From positions 6,143-70,142 of the IMG/VR virus record IMGVR_UViG_3300008113_000183: a DNA stretch of 64,000 nucleotides; one strand, written 5' to 3'. The position numbers and the translations under genes were made by a program. This document shows positions 53,451 to 62,421 of this stretch, piece after piece; the first letter of the stretch is position 1; each line of letters starts with the position of its first letter. The notes below the pieces were generated by a model. It did not search any database, had not been told where the DNA came from, and worked only from the letters and a program-made list of their open reading frames with translations. This DNA is from a virus.

Positions 53451-54118
53451 ATCTGTTCTTCAAACTGTTTATATGGATATTCTTCAGAAATCTGCAAAAT
53501 CCAATCTTTAAAAGATTGAGAAATACTAATGTGTTCCGGTATTTGTTTATAGTTGGACTGTCCTTTTAGGAACTTGGCTAGATGCATATCCGGCATTGAG
53601 TCTATTTCGTTTAGAATTTCTTGAGGAACGTTCAATGAATCTAATACTAATTTAGAATATGTAGCCATTGGGTGATCTGAGTTAAATGGCGCATCAACCA
53701 TAAAAGACCATTCTCTAAAGTTTTTAAACAGTTGATATATAGATCTAGCTGCCCACATGGTAGATGGGCTAGGATCCGATTGAATATCTACTACGCCATT
53801 TTGAATATCTGGCGCTAAATGATTTACTTCAATGTAAGAAATTAAAAAAAATGGAGAAAAACATATTGGATATTCGAATTTAACAACATGTTTTGCTTGA
53901 AGAACCGTATCTGAATAATCAGAAGACTTGCCGACAACATAAGCCTGCCCTTCATATTCCGTACCTTGAGAAAGCGAAACTCCAGTAACCTGAAGTACAT
54001 CACATCTATCAGATCTTGGTACGTTTACTCCAGGTGTGATAAGTGCCATCTTAGCTAGGATAAAAAAACCAGAGGCTAATGCTTCACTTTCTTCAAGTAG
54101 TCTTTCTCTTGAAATCAT
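53447..54118 (-). CDS. Hypothetical protein
   Basis: 223 aa, coupled by ATGA overlap. Confidence 0.6.
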   Translation of the reverse strand: MISRERLLEESEALASGFFILAKMALITPGVNVPRSDRCDVLQVTGVSLSQGTEYEGQAYVVGKSSDYSDTVLQAKHVVKFEYPICFSPFFLISYIEVNHLAPDIQNGVVDIQSDPSPSTMWAARSIYQLFKNFREWSFMVDAPFNSDHPMATYSKLVLDSLNVPQEILNEIDSMPDMHLAKFLKGQSNYKQIPEHISISQSFKDWILQISEEYPYKQFEEQI

Positions 54119-54372
54119 TCTAGTTCTGCTATCTTGGTTTCTATTAAAGAAAATTTATTACACAATTGCAATAGAACAGTTCTTTCTGGCCCTATGTTAA
54201 TAGATGGATTTTCATTAATATAATTAATATATTGACCTACCTCAAATGATTCTGGATCAATATTGCAGTTAATGCAAGCTATATATAATTCTTTAGCTAG
54301 CATAGCCTTTAATTGATTTAGGGCGTCTAATTTATCCCCATTGCCTAGAAATGACTCTATTCCCATAGTCAA
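54115..54372 (-). CDS. Small helical protein, paralog of 57636..57863
   Basis: K..ALN..K.....ELY...I....DP..F...LIETKIAEL pattern shared with 57636..57863. Confidence 0.6.
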   Translation of the reverse strand: MTMGIESFLGNGDKLDALNQLKAMLAKELYIACINCNIDPESFEVGQYINYINENPSINIGPERTVLLQLCNKFSLIETKIAELE

Positions 54373-55139
54373 CTATCCTTTCTAAGAAAATTATTTTTAT
54401 TAGCTTTTTTCATTTGCTCATCAACTCTATTAGTCTCTGCTCTATACAGTACAGATGTTCCAGTTCCTGGAGCTAAATGACCAAGGCCAAATCCTCTTGT
54501 TGAAACGTATTTAAAATTACTTTCATCTTCAAATATGATCTCACCAAAATCAGAGTCTCTTTTAAATGGTATCAGCTGAGCAATAGGTGTATTAAATTTT
54601 ATTTGAAACGCAGAATCAGTTTTAATATTAAGGACTATGTTCATCAAATGATAAAAGTCAGTATGAATAATAGCTGGCAATACGTCATAGTTTTCATTTG
54701 GCTCCCAAAGTAATGGTAACAACAATGTTGACCACCCTGGTGCTGTTTCTATTCTCCATGGATTTACCACTTTTGGATATTGTCCACTTTCAATTTTTCT
54801 AACATCTGTAACTGGGCATTTTCCAGTGGAGTTAAATGGGAAATGCTGTATCATACCTATTCCAGCACTGGGTCCAAAGTCATCACTAGAATGCTCCCAT
54901 TCACCTCTTTCATTTGGTCTAAATCTAAGGTTTGTCCACATTGGAAGGGTGACACCGGCAGATAAAAGATCTACAGTTCCAGCACATCTTCTAATAGAAC
55001 CTGGACCTTTAGCTATTCTTTTAAACCAATTTGGAAGATGTGTAACAGAATTTACATATGGAGCTGAATCCATTAATCTATTATCAGATGGAGTAATTCT
55101 AATCTGACCTGGTTTAATCTTTTTCTTTTTAGATGCCAT
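54369..55139 (-). CDS. Conserved phage protein of the type often found beside phage oxygenases (DUF6065-like, tentative)
   Basis: LPNWFK...IRRCAG..D....G..LPMW...NPWRIETAPGWSTL...IIHTD...TPIAQLIPFKR. Confidence 0.55.
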   Translation of the reverse strand: MASKKKKIKPGQIRITPSDNRLMDSAPYVNSVTHLPNWFKRIAKGPGSIRRCAGTVDLLSAGVTLPMWTNLRFRPNERGEWEHSSDDFGPSAGIGMIQHFPFNSTGKCPVTDVRKIESGQYPKVVNPWRIETAPGWSTLLLPLLWEPNENYDVLPAIIHTDFYHLMNIVLNIKTDSAFQIKFNTPIAQLIPFKRDSDFGEIIFEDESNFKYVSTRGFGLGHLAPGTGTSVLYRAETNRVDEQMKKANKNNFLRKDS

Positions 55140-56646
55140 AATAATTATCTATCTCTACAATTTCTCTTAAAGCTTGTGCGTGATCTACTAGCTCGTGATT
55201 GTGTCTACCGTGTTTCATCTCATCCATTTGATAGTTTACTTGTTGTCTTATATTCATGTTGTCTAGAGCAATTGTACATGCTTCTTTTGAGATTATACCC
55301 TGACCTTGACCCACGTGTGTCATATGCGGAGACAAAAACATTTGACCACTGTTGGATTCAAAATCATATCTACTTGGCGGTCTTTCTGACCATAGATCAA
55401 TTAATTCTTGAAGTTCTGAGTTTATCGGCATATCTGCCATTGCTCTCCAAAACTCAGAATCTCTTCTATCAGAATAATAATGAAGTCTAATCATAGTGAG
55501 GATATTGCGCATCATCTTATCTACTGATTTATTATAATGCTTTTGCATGTGGACTGACTCTGGAGTATAGGATGCAAGGTATGGCATTAAGCTTCTTATT
55601 TGCTGTATTGTTGATCCAATACTTGTAGCTTCTAATGGCTCAACAAACGATGAAGCCAAGCCTACTGCGCAACAATTTTTTTGCCAAGGATTCTTAAGAT
55701 ATCCTGCGTCAAAAGAAATTATTTTTGGATCTTTTGGAAGTTTATATCCAGAAATTTTTTCTGCTTCTTCAATAGCCTGTTCAACATCTATGAATTTATC
55801 ACTAAAAACATAACCATTTCCACGTCTTTCTTGTGTGGGAATTTCCCACATCCAACCAGAGGAAGCGGCTTTTGCTCTAGTGTAAGGTCTTATCTTTCCA
55901 TTTGGATCACTTTCTGTCGGAAAAGCTATAGCAGTATTGCACAATAGATAGTCCGAATAAGAGTTCCATTCTTGATCACCCATAGAATTCATTAGAACCC
56001 TACTAAAGCCTGATGCATCAAACCAAAAATCAGCTTCTACTAAATCATTAGTATCTGTATTTACAGAAGCTATTCTTCCATCTTCATGTAAGTTTACATT
56101 TTCAATCTTAGCGTCGATAAACATAATAGATCTATTGAAGCATACAGTTGTTAGGTACTCATTTAATTTGAATGTGTCAAAATGAAATTGATTAGTACTT
56201 CTATGTAAGCTTTTTCTATTGATCTTATCTTTAACAAGTCCAATGCTTCCTGTTTGATTTGTTAACAGTTTTCCTTGCTCTATGAAACCCATGTATGTTG
56301 AGAATAGACCAAAGGCAAAAATGTCATCAGGTTCAGAAACACTATGAAAATAATCTGGAGTATGTGTTGTCCAGTTTTCATATCTGATTCCATATTTATG
56401 TGTTCCGGCGGTGTTAACCAGTAGTTCTTCCGTAGGTATTTCGCAGAGATCCATAAATTGACGCCAATGTTCTGTGCTACCTTCTCCAACTCCAATAATT
56501 CCTATCTGAGAAGAAGAGATAACAACTATAGCAGCTGAAGGAAATGCTCTTCTTACGAGAAGTGCCGTTAGCAAGCCTGCTGTTCCTGAACCTACAATTC
56601 CCACAATCATGGGACGATTTCTTTGATTGCTATTTTCTTCCATCAT
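55129..56646 (-). CDS. Flavin-dependent (tryptophan-type, PrnA family) halogenase
   Basis: FAD motif IVGSGTAG, GVGEGST, catalytic-Lys region THKYGI, WxWxIP (WMWEIP) and FVEPLEATSI. Confidence 0.9.
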   Translation of the reverse strand: MMEENSNQRNRPMIVGIVGSGTAGLLTALLVRRAFPSAAIVVISSSQIGIIGVGEGSTEHWRQFMDLCEIPTEELLVNTAGTHKYGIRYENWTTHTPDYFHSVSEPDDIFAFGLFSTYMGFIEQGKLLTNQTGSIGLVKDKINRKSLHRSTNQFHFDTFKLNEYLTTVCFNRSIMFIDAKIENVNLHEDGRIASVNTDTNDLVEADFWFDASGFSRVLMNSMGDQEWNSYSDYLLCNTAIAFPTESDPNGKIRPYTRAKAASSGWMWEIPTQERRGNGYVFSDKFIDVEQAIEEAEKISGYKLPKDPKIISFDAGYLKNPWQKNCCAVGLASSFVEPLEATSIGSTIQQIRSLMPYLASYTPESVHMQKHYNKSVDKMMRNILTMIRLHYYSDRRDSEFWRAMADMPINSELQELIDLWSERPPSRYDFESNSGQMFLSPHMTHVGQGQGIISKEACTIALDNMNIRQQVNYQMDEMKHGRHNHELVDHAQALREIVEIDNYYGI

Positions 56647-57224
56647 GAATACCAGCTTACTAATGAGTACTTTATTCCCTTTTCTACAGGATGAGCCATA
56701 TGAGTATATGGAAAATTGCTAGGAAATAATATCACGTTTCCTACACTGCATTCTACCTTTGTATCAAAAAATGGAAATTCTAATTCTCCACCTTCTTCTG
56801 GCTCACCAAGTGTAGCGACCATGCTATATACTCTTTGATTTTGAGACCCATGGTCCGCATGAGCGTGATACTCTGCGCCTGGAAGGTATTTTAATATTTG
56901 ATATGGATCTTGAAAGGCATTAGGTATCATATATTGTCTTCTATAGTCTTCCACTACTTCTCTTATAGGGTTAACTATTTTTTCATTGAATATTCTTGAT
57001 AATTGAGTTTCAGGATAAGGTCTCATTAAAGGTATTGCTGAACAACTAAGGGAAGTTCTATAGTTACTAACGATATTACTTCCAGTTCCTGAATTTTGCC
57101 AACTTAATTCTGACCAACCTTCTTCAATATCTTTATTTAAAGCTTGTAAAAAAGTTTTTGCCTCAAATGAATCGAATACATTTTTGTAAATAGAAATACA
57201 TGTTGCTGGGCTTTCATGAATCAT
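56643..57224 (-). CDS. 2OG-Fe(II) dioxygenase, prolyl 4-hydroxylase-like
   Basis: RTS...QILKYLPGAEYHAHAD (HxD)...EGGELEF...ILFPS...HMAHPV..G.KYSLVSW. Confidence 0.88.
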   Translation of the reverse strand: MIHESPATCISIYKNVFDSFEAKTFLQALNKDIEEGWSELSWQNSGTGSNIVSNYRTSLSCSAIPLMRPYPETQLSRIFNEKIVNPIREVVEDYRRQYMIPNAFQDPYQILKYLPGAEYHAHADHGSQNQRVYSMVATLGEPEEGGELEFPFFDTKVECSVGNVILFPSNFPYTHMAHPVEKGIKYSLVSWYS

Positions 57225-57630
57225 AAATTATAAAATCTCCACTATAAATTACATTATTATTTTTTTCCAAAGTAAAAGTATATTTACCTGATTTATTATA
57301 TCTTTTTCTAAATCTTGCTGCGTGTTTTTCTTTTATAATTGGTTTTATTTCTTGCTTTTGATCTTTAAAGCTAATAAAAAATTGACAATCATTCATGTCT
57401 ACAAATTCATCAGTTACATCAATGCAATGTACAAAATTTACTTTAGAATCTTCATCACAATCAAAGACGTGTATGTGAGGCATTGAGATGATCTCAACTT
57501 GATTGGAAAAAAGGTCGTTTTCATCACCAATTCTAATTGGTAACATAGACTCTTTTGATAGACCTTCTGCTGTATTAAAGCTTTCTTCAGAATCTTTTAA
57601 AGAAAATGGAATAAAAACAAATCTTTTCAT
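57214..57630 (-). CDS. Hypothetical protein
   Basis: 138 aa, coupled to the dioxygenase gene. Confidence 0.55.
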   Translation of the reverse strand: MKRFVFIPFSLKDSEESFNTAEGLSKESMLPIRIGDENDLFSNQVEIISMPHIHVFDCDEDSKVNFVHCIDVTDEFVDMNDCQFFISFKDQKQEIKPIIKEKHAARFRKRYNKSGKYTFTLEKNNNVIYSGDFIIYDS

Positions 57631-57635
57631 TGATA

Positions 57636-57863
57636 TTAAAGATCAGCTAGTTTTTCCTCAATAAGTTCCAAGGAAGCCAAAAGTGCATCTAATCTTTGGT
57701 ATTCTCCAACAAGAATCATATCTGTTTCACGCTCTGCCGTTGGGTCAAAGGTATCAGGGTCAACACCCATTCTAATTAAAATATTATATATTTCTGATCT
57801 AGCCGTAGACTTTGCTGCGTTTAGTGCAACTCTTTTTTGCTCGGCGGTTAATCCTAAGTCCAT
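57636..57863 (-). CDS. Small helical protein (possible fibre chaperone), paralog of 54115..54372
   Basis: AAGGAG RBS; directly downstream of the His-rich fibre gene. Confidence 0.6.
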   Translation of the reverse strand: MDLGLTAEQKRVALNAAKSTARSEIYNILIRMGVDPDTFDPTAERETDMILVGEYQRLDALLASLELIEEKLADL

Positions 57864-57876
57864 TTTTTCTCCTTAA

Positions 57877-59460
57877 TTAAGTGTTATATATTATATATGA
57901 AGAACCAGAAGAAGCAGAATAATTATCCGAATCTGCGGTTAATCCAGCTCTAACGTCAAAAAGCACATTAGGATCTATTGTATCACAAACTACCACAATA
58001 GCTCCTCCTCCACCTGCTCCGCCTCGTTTACCTGTTCCGCCAGTTACAGCTGGAGCCCCTTTACCTGTGCTCGTTCCATTGTTCACTCCACCTGCTCCAC
58101 CTAAATAATGTGCTGACGCATCGGGGTTTGGATGTGTTGTTGAGTGATTGTGGTGATGATACCTAGGGCTGCTATGAGTATGGCTTGGAACATGGGTATG
58201 AGTATGTCCAGGATGACCATAGTGGGCATGAACGTGACCGTCGTGACCACCAACAGAACCATGAAAATATATTTCATGATGATGAGCGTTTCCATCTGGT
58301 TGACCATGACTATGATGGCCATTTGGTTTTTGGTGACCATGTGGCGGATAATGAGGTGACCAATGTCCGAAACTGAAGTTACCCTGCCAAGCGTGCCAGT
58401 AGTGCCCATCCCAATGGTGAGCTCCGCCGTGAGGGCCGTCATTGTGGGGGTGGTGATAATGCCCGCCATGATGCCAGTGCTTATCTTCGTAGTGGTGAGT
58501 TGGACCACCTTTTACGCTAAACGGTTGATGTGGAGATACTTTGTGAGCATGTCTGTCCGAATGCCTTGTTGTGTGATTATGATGGTCGTGATTTCTAGTA
58601 TGAGGAGCATGAGATGTAGTTGGGGCAACGTGGTGATGATCGGTTCTATTCGGGGCAGCTGCTCCATTTGCTCCAGTTGTGCCAGCTGTACCAGTATTTC
58701 CAGCTGAGCCAGATACGCCAGATCTACCTAAAGAAAATAACTTTCCAGATCCAACTATAGTTTTTGCAAAGACTGCAACGACCGCACCTCCAGATCCACC
58801 TGCTCCACCTGCTCCACCGGTGCCTGCAGTGCCATTTGCATTACCGTCAGCTCCTGGATTACCTTTTCCACCTGGGGCATTAACAGTAGTTGCGCTTGGT
58901 CCATATGCTCCATTAGACCCGGCTGCACCAGCTTTTCCTGGCCATGAGTCTGATGAGGTGTATGCTGGAGTTGTTGTTCCAGTGGAGCCAGTAGAGCCTT
59001 TAGAACCACCTGTAACCTTTGCTCCTCCAGTATTTGCTGGATCTATGTAACTGCCACCTAAAAGATTATTAATACTTTTATACAAAAAGCTTGGAAGCTG
59101 CGTAACACCTGGGTCAGATCCACCGCCTCCCTGCCCACCAAGTCTATATGAAATAGTTGAAGTTGATTGTCCAGCAATTGTTCCATCTGAAATATTTGAA
59201 CCAGATTCTGATACTGTTCCAGATGATACCGAACCCACTCCAATATATCCATTAAGCGTTAAAGTTCCTTTGACAAAGATTTTAAATCCATTTGTATATA
59301 CGATACCACTAGAGGTAACCTCTAGGTTATTGTAGTACATATCAGCAGTTAATGTTACAGCGGAGTTTATGTAACCATTTCCGTCAAGTCCGGTACCATA
59401 AAAAGCATCATTTGCACTTCTTTGAGTTCTTTGTCTGCCTAATCTTTCTATTGCGCCCAT
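57877..59460 (-). CDS. Gly-rich fibre/receptor-binding-like protein with a 177-aa His-rich insertion
   Basis: Gly-rich, partly collagen-like (GxxGxxG) flanks around a segment (58108-58638) with about 54 His counted by hand; N-terminus paralogous to 59462..60172. Confidence 0.75.
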   Translation of the reverse strand: MGAIERLGRQRTQRSANDAFYGTGLDGNGYINSAVTLTADMYYNNLEVTSSGIVYTNGFKIFVKGTLTLNGYIGVGSVSSGTVSESGSNISDGTIAGQSTSTISYRLGGQGGGGSDPGVTQLPSFLYKSINNLLGGSYIDPANTGGAKVTGGSKGSTGSTGTTTPAYTSSDSWPGKAGAAGSNGAYGPSATTVNAPGGKGNPGADGNANGTAGTGGAGGAGGSGGAVVAVFAKTIVGSGKLFSLGRSGVSGSAGNTGTAGTTGANGAAAPNRTDHHHVAPTTSHAPHTRNHDHHNHTTRHSDRHAHKVSPHQPFSVKGGPTHHYEDKHWHHGGHYHHPHNDGPHGGAHHWDGHYWHAWQGNFSFGHWSPHYPPHGHQKPNGHHSHGQPDGNAHHHEIYFHGSVGGHDGHVHAHYGHPGHTHTHVPSHTHSSPRYHHHNHSTTHPNPDASAHYLGGAGGVNNGTSTGKGAPAVTGGTGKRGGAGGGGAIVVVCDTIDPNVLFDVRAGLTADSDNYSASSGSSYIIYNT

Positions 59461-59461
59461 G

Positions 59462-60172
59462 CTATACCAACTGCATATAATTTACTGTTCCAGGATTTTG
59501 ACCAGTAATATCTGTAGAAATGGAAGCAGGAAGTGCAGAGTGTGTAGAGATGATAAGAATTACGCCACCGCCGGCAGGAGCAGTTCCAGGAGCCTTTATG
59601 TAAGCTGTACCAGTAGATGGACCAGATAAATATCTCGCAGCAACAATTACTACACCTCCACCAGCTTGTCCAGAACCACCTGCTCCACCTCTTAAAAAGG
59701 TTGGAGTAGTGCTTGAGGCGCTGACTGCCCATCCTCTAATTGCTTGATGTGGAATTTGATAATATTTACTCCCACCCAATGCATCAGTTGGAGCTGTAGC
59801 TGAATAACCGGTAGCAGAGCCACCAAGGCTATGTGTAACCGCAGTTGTAGCAGCTCCGCCTTGTGCTATTGATCCAGCTGTAGAATAACCTGTTGTATAG
59901 CCTATTGTCGAATTGTTATTTAAGGTCAAGATATTTTTAACAAATATTCTATATCCATTTGGAGCTAATCTTACTCCTGCATTTATTGTAAGATTATGAA
60001 GATAAAGATCAGAAGTCATTGAATAAACATTTGAAGACGGAATCATTCCTAAAATAGTTGTTGTCCCATCTAGAGTTACGCTACCATCTGCACCGGTTCC
60101 GTATACAGGGTCGGCAGAGTCGATAAAAGATGCCATGTCATTAGGAGCCCCATATCGAACTACCCCAGCCAT
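59462..60172 (-). CDS. Gly-rich fibre protein, paralog of 57877..59460 without the His-rich insertion
   Basis: Shared YGTG.DG...D.Y..NL......G..IFVK..LTLN...IG and GGG-hydrophobic strand motifs. Confidence 0.7.
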   Translation of the reverse strand: MAGVVRYGAPNDMASFIDSADPVYGTGADGSVTLDGTTTILGMIPSSNVYSMTSDLYLHNLTINAGVRLAPNGYRIFVKNILTLNNNSTIGYTTGYSTAGSIAQGGAATTAVTHSLGGSATGYSATAPTDALGGSKYYQIPHQAIRGWAVSASSTTPTFLRGGAGGSGQAGGGVVIVAARYLSGPSTGTAYIKAPGTAPAGGGVILIISTHSALPASISTDITGQNPGTVNYMQLV

Positions 60173-60173
60173 A

Positions 60174-60527
60174 TTAAACCTCTTCTATTCCAAAGATAGC
60201 CATATTAACAGCGCCTGCAGCACTTGCTAATGCCTTGATTTGATCTCCTGCACCACCGGTATAATTCATTACCATTGAACAGTTAAATGCCATTGTTTCA
60301 TTAGCTGATAATGTCATTGCACTTATGATGTCTACCCAGTTAGGAGTTGCTGTTTCATTAACGCCTGAAGGAAGTAGTCTTACAGTTACTGTTTTTGCAG
60401 ATGCTGTTGTATTAGTTAAAATTATTTGTTTAACTATTGTAGTGGTACTACTCGGTACCGTGTAATATGTAGCGGTTGATGCGGTTAACATGCTTGGTCC
60501 GCCTAAACGCTTCTGTGTAATTGCCAT
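60174..60527 (-). CDS. Small fibre-associated beta-sandwich protein
   Basis: YTVPSSTTTIVKQIILTN...GDQIKALAS...FGIE pattern common in phage fibre clusters. Confidence 0.6.
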   Translation of the reverse strand: MAITQKRLGGPSMLTASTATYYTVPSSTTTIVKQIILTNTTASAKTVTVRLLPSGVNETATPNWVDIISAMTLSANETMAFNCSMVMNYTGGAGDQIKALASAAGAVNMAIFGIEEV

Positions 60528-60528
60528 T

Positions 60529-60750
60529 TTAAATGACCTCCATATAATGAATTATTTTTACGTCTCTAATATCTTCTGGCGTGGCACTTATAGAAATGGA
60601 ACCAGAAGATGAAAGTTCTACTATTTGATCTGATGTATTTCTATAAAACAATTTACCATCAGCATAATTGATCGCTAATTCACCATGTTCTAGTGATACT
60701 GGAACCTGCGTGGCTGTACCACTTCTTTTTATCTTAATAGTGTTAGCCAT
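60529..60750 (-). CDS. Short fibre adaptor with a MANTIxIKR N-terminal domain
   Basis: MANTIKIKRSGT...PVSLEHGELAINYADGKLFY, homologous to the N-terminus of 60778..61668. Confidence 0.65.
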   Translation of the reverse strand: MANTIKIKRSGTATQVPVSLEHGELAINYADGKLFYRNTSDQIVELSSSGSISISATPEDIRDVKIIHYMEVI

Positions 60751-60777
60751 TTAGACTCCATTGCCAAATAGTTTTAA

Positions 60778-61668
60778 TTAAAAAGTTCCACCGTCAATAG
60801 ATATACCGTCTATTGTACCACCTGTAATGTTAACATTATTGGCATTTTGTGTAGCGATTGAACCAAGTTCTAAAGCTGTTCTTGCTCCGGATGCACTTGT
60901 TGCTCCAGTGCCTCCGTACGATAATCCAACTGCTGTACCCTGCCAGGTACCTGTAGCAATAGTTCCAACTGAAGTTAAACTAGAGGTAGTTACTCCTGAA
61001 CCAAGCGTAGTCCCGCTAAGGACTTCTGTACCATGAATCCTGAATACACCACCAGCGAGGAGGTTTAAGTCTTCTGATGAAGTCCATGAACCAGTTGCAC
61101 TAACCCAGTTAAATGTCTTGTCTGTTGTTCCCTTAACTGTTATTCCAGCACCATCTGCAGCTGCATCACTTGGCGATGCAGTGCTTGCTAATTCTATATT
61201 CTTATCATCTATGGAAACAGTTGTAGAATTTACAGTTGTAGTGGTGCCATTAACTGTTAAGTTTCCTGTGACAGTCAAGTCTCCAGGAGTTGTGACACTA
61301 CTGGCTAAAGCTATTACGCCACTTGTTACCGTAATTTGATTTGAGGTTCCACTTGGAGTTACTCCAGAAATGGCTGTGTCTACATAAAGCTTTGTAGCGG
61401 CATGCGCGTTTGAAGAAGGTGTAGCAACTGATACTGTTCCAGAAAATGTTTTATTTCCAGTTACAGTTTGAACCGTACCCAAAGTTAAATACGCTCCTGA
61501 TCCTGCAATAGCAGGAATTGTAGTTGCGTCTCCGCTTCCATCTGAACCCTTACCGTAATAAAGGATATCGTCAGCTTCGTTATAAGCCAGCTCAGCGTTC
61601 TTTAGCGAAGACGGAGCACCTGCGGAGCCTGTTCCGGCCCTTCTTTTAATTCTTATTGTATTTGCCAT
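60778..61668 (-). CDS. Tail/head fibre protein
   Basis: MANTIRIKRR...LKNAELAYNE N-terminus, AATKLYVD, GDLTVTGNLTVNGTTTTVNST, and C-terminal IDGGTF. Confidence 0.75.
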   Translation of the reverse strand: MANTIRIKRRAGTGSAGAPSSLKNAELAYNEADDILYYGKGSDGSGDATTIPAIAGSGAYLTLGTVQTVTGNKTFSGTVSVATPSSNAHAATKLYVDTAISGVTPSGTSNQITVTSGVIALASSVTTPGDLTVTGNLTVNGTTTTVNSTTVSIDDKNIELASTASPSDAAADGAGITVKGTTDKTFNWVSATGSWTSSEDLNLLAGGVFRIHGTEVLSGTTLGSGVTTSSLTSVGTIATGTWQGTAVGLSYGGTGATSASGARTALELGSIATQNANNVNITGGTIDGISIDGGTF

Positions 61669-61670
61669 GT

Positions 61671-62009
61671 TTAAAAGTTTCCTCCATCTACAACGTCGGC
61701 TTCAGAATAATTAACCCACTGAGAACCATTATATCTTAATATATTTCCAGTCGAGGCTGATGTAATAGTAACATCATTTAAGCCGTTTAATACCGACTGA
61801 TTAGATATGCTAGTTTCCGCAACTATTATTCTATCTTTAATTGTTAAGTGAGATCCGGCTGGATTAAGTCCTAATACCGTTTGTATTGCTTCAACTGCAT
61901 CATTTATATTAGCGTGTTGCAAATGATGGGGAACACTGCCCGAGTTTAAAGTATCAGTTGCAGTTGGATTACTGAATACATCTAAAGAACCTGGATATTG
62001 TGTGGTCAT
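61671..62009 (-). CDS. Short fibre/anchor protein
   Basis: YPGSLD...HANINDAVEAIQTVLG, LNDV...GNILRYNGSQWVN, and C-terminal VDGGNF. Confidence 0.65.
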   Translation of the reverse strand: MTTQYPGSLDVFSNPTATDTLNSGSVPHHLQHANINDAVEAIQTVLGLNPAGSHLTIKDRIIVAETSISNQSVLNGLNDVTITSASTGNILRYNGSQWVNYSEADVVDGGNF

Positions 62010-62016
62010 ATTTTCC

Positions 62017-62418
62017 TCATAACGTTAAAATTGATCCAATCCAGTCAAAAGCTACTGTTACTGAATTTTGAGATCCAGTAAAAGGAAATCCAGAGGCTGT
62101 ATCTGTATAACTTAGTAACCTTGAATTTGATTGGGATGAACCAACTTGATATATTACAGCTGCATTAAAAGCTGTATTTTCTGGGAGAGTAAAAACAAAA
62201 TCTTGAGAATTTACAACTCCTAAATTATTTACTAAAGATGGAATATTTTCTGTTACGTATGCAATATTTGCATTTGATATATCAGATAAAAATTCATGAA
62301 CATTTTGACTAGGGGTATATGAACTTTTTACTAGTGCTACTTTAAAATTATTTGATGAAAAATTAAATCCACCATTTAATAATGCTTGTTTTGCTTTACC
62401 ATAAACAAAATTAGCCAT
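62017..62418 (-). CDS. Virion structural protein
   Basis: MANFVYGKAKQALLNG...FKVALV pattern typical of small phage structural proteins. Confidence 0.6.
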   Translation of the reverse strand: MANFVYGKAKQALLNGGFNFSSNNFKVALVKSSYTPSQNVHEFLSDISNANIAYVTENIPSLVNNLGVVNSQDFVFTLPENTAFNAAVIYQVGSSQSNSRLLSYTDTASGFPFTGSQNSVTVAFDWIGSILTL

Positions 62419-62421
62419 TTT

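Noticed and set aside
58101-58707. Met/Val/Ile-rich ORFs overlapping the His-rich region
   Set aside because: They are by-products of repeated CAT/CAC codons read in other frames or on the other strand.
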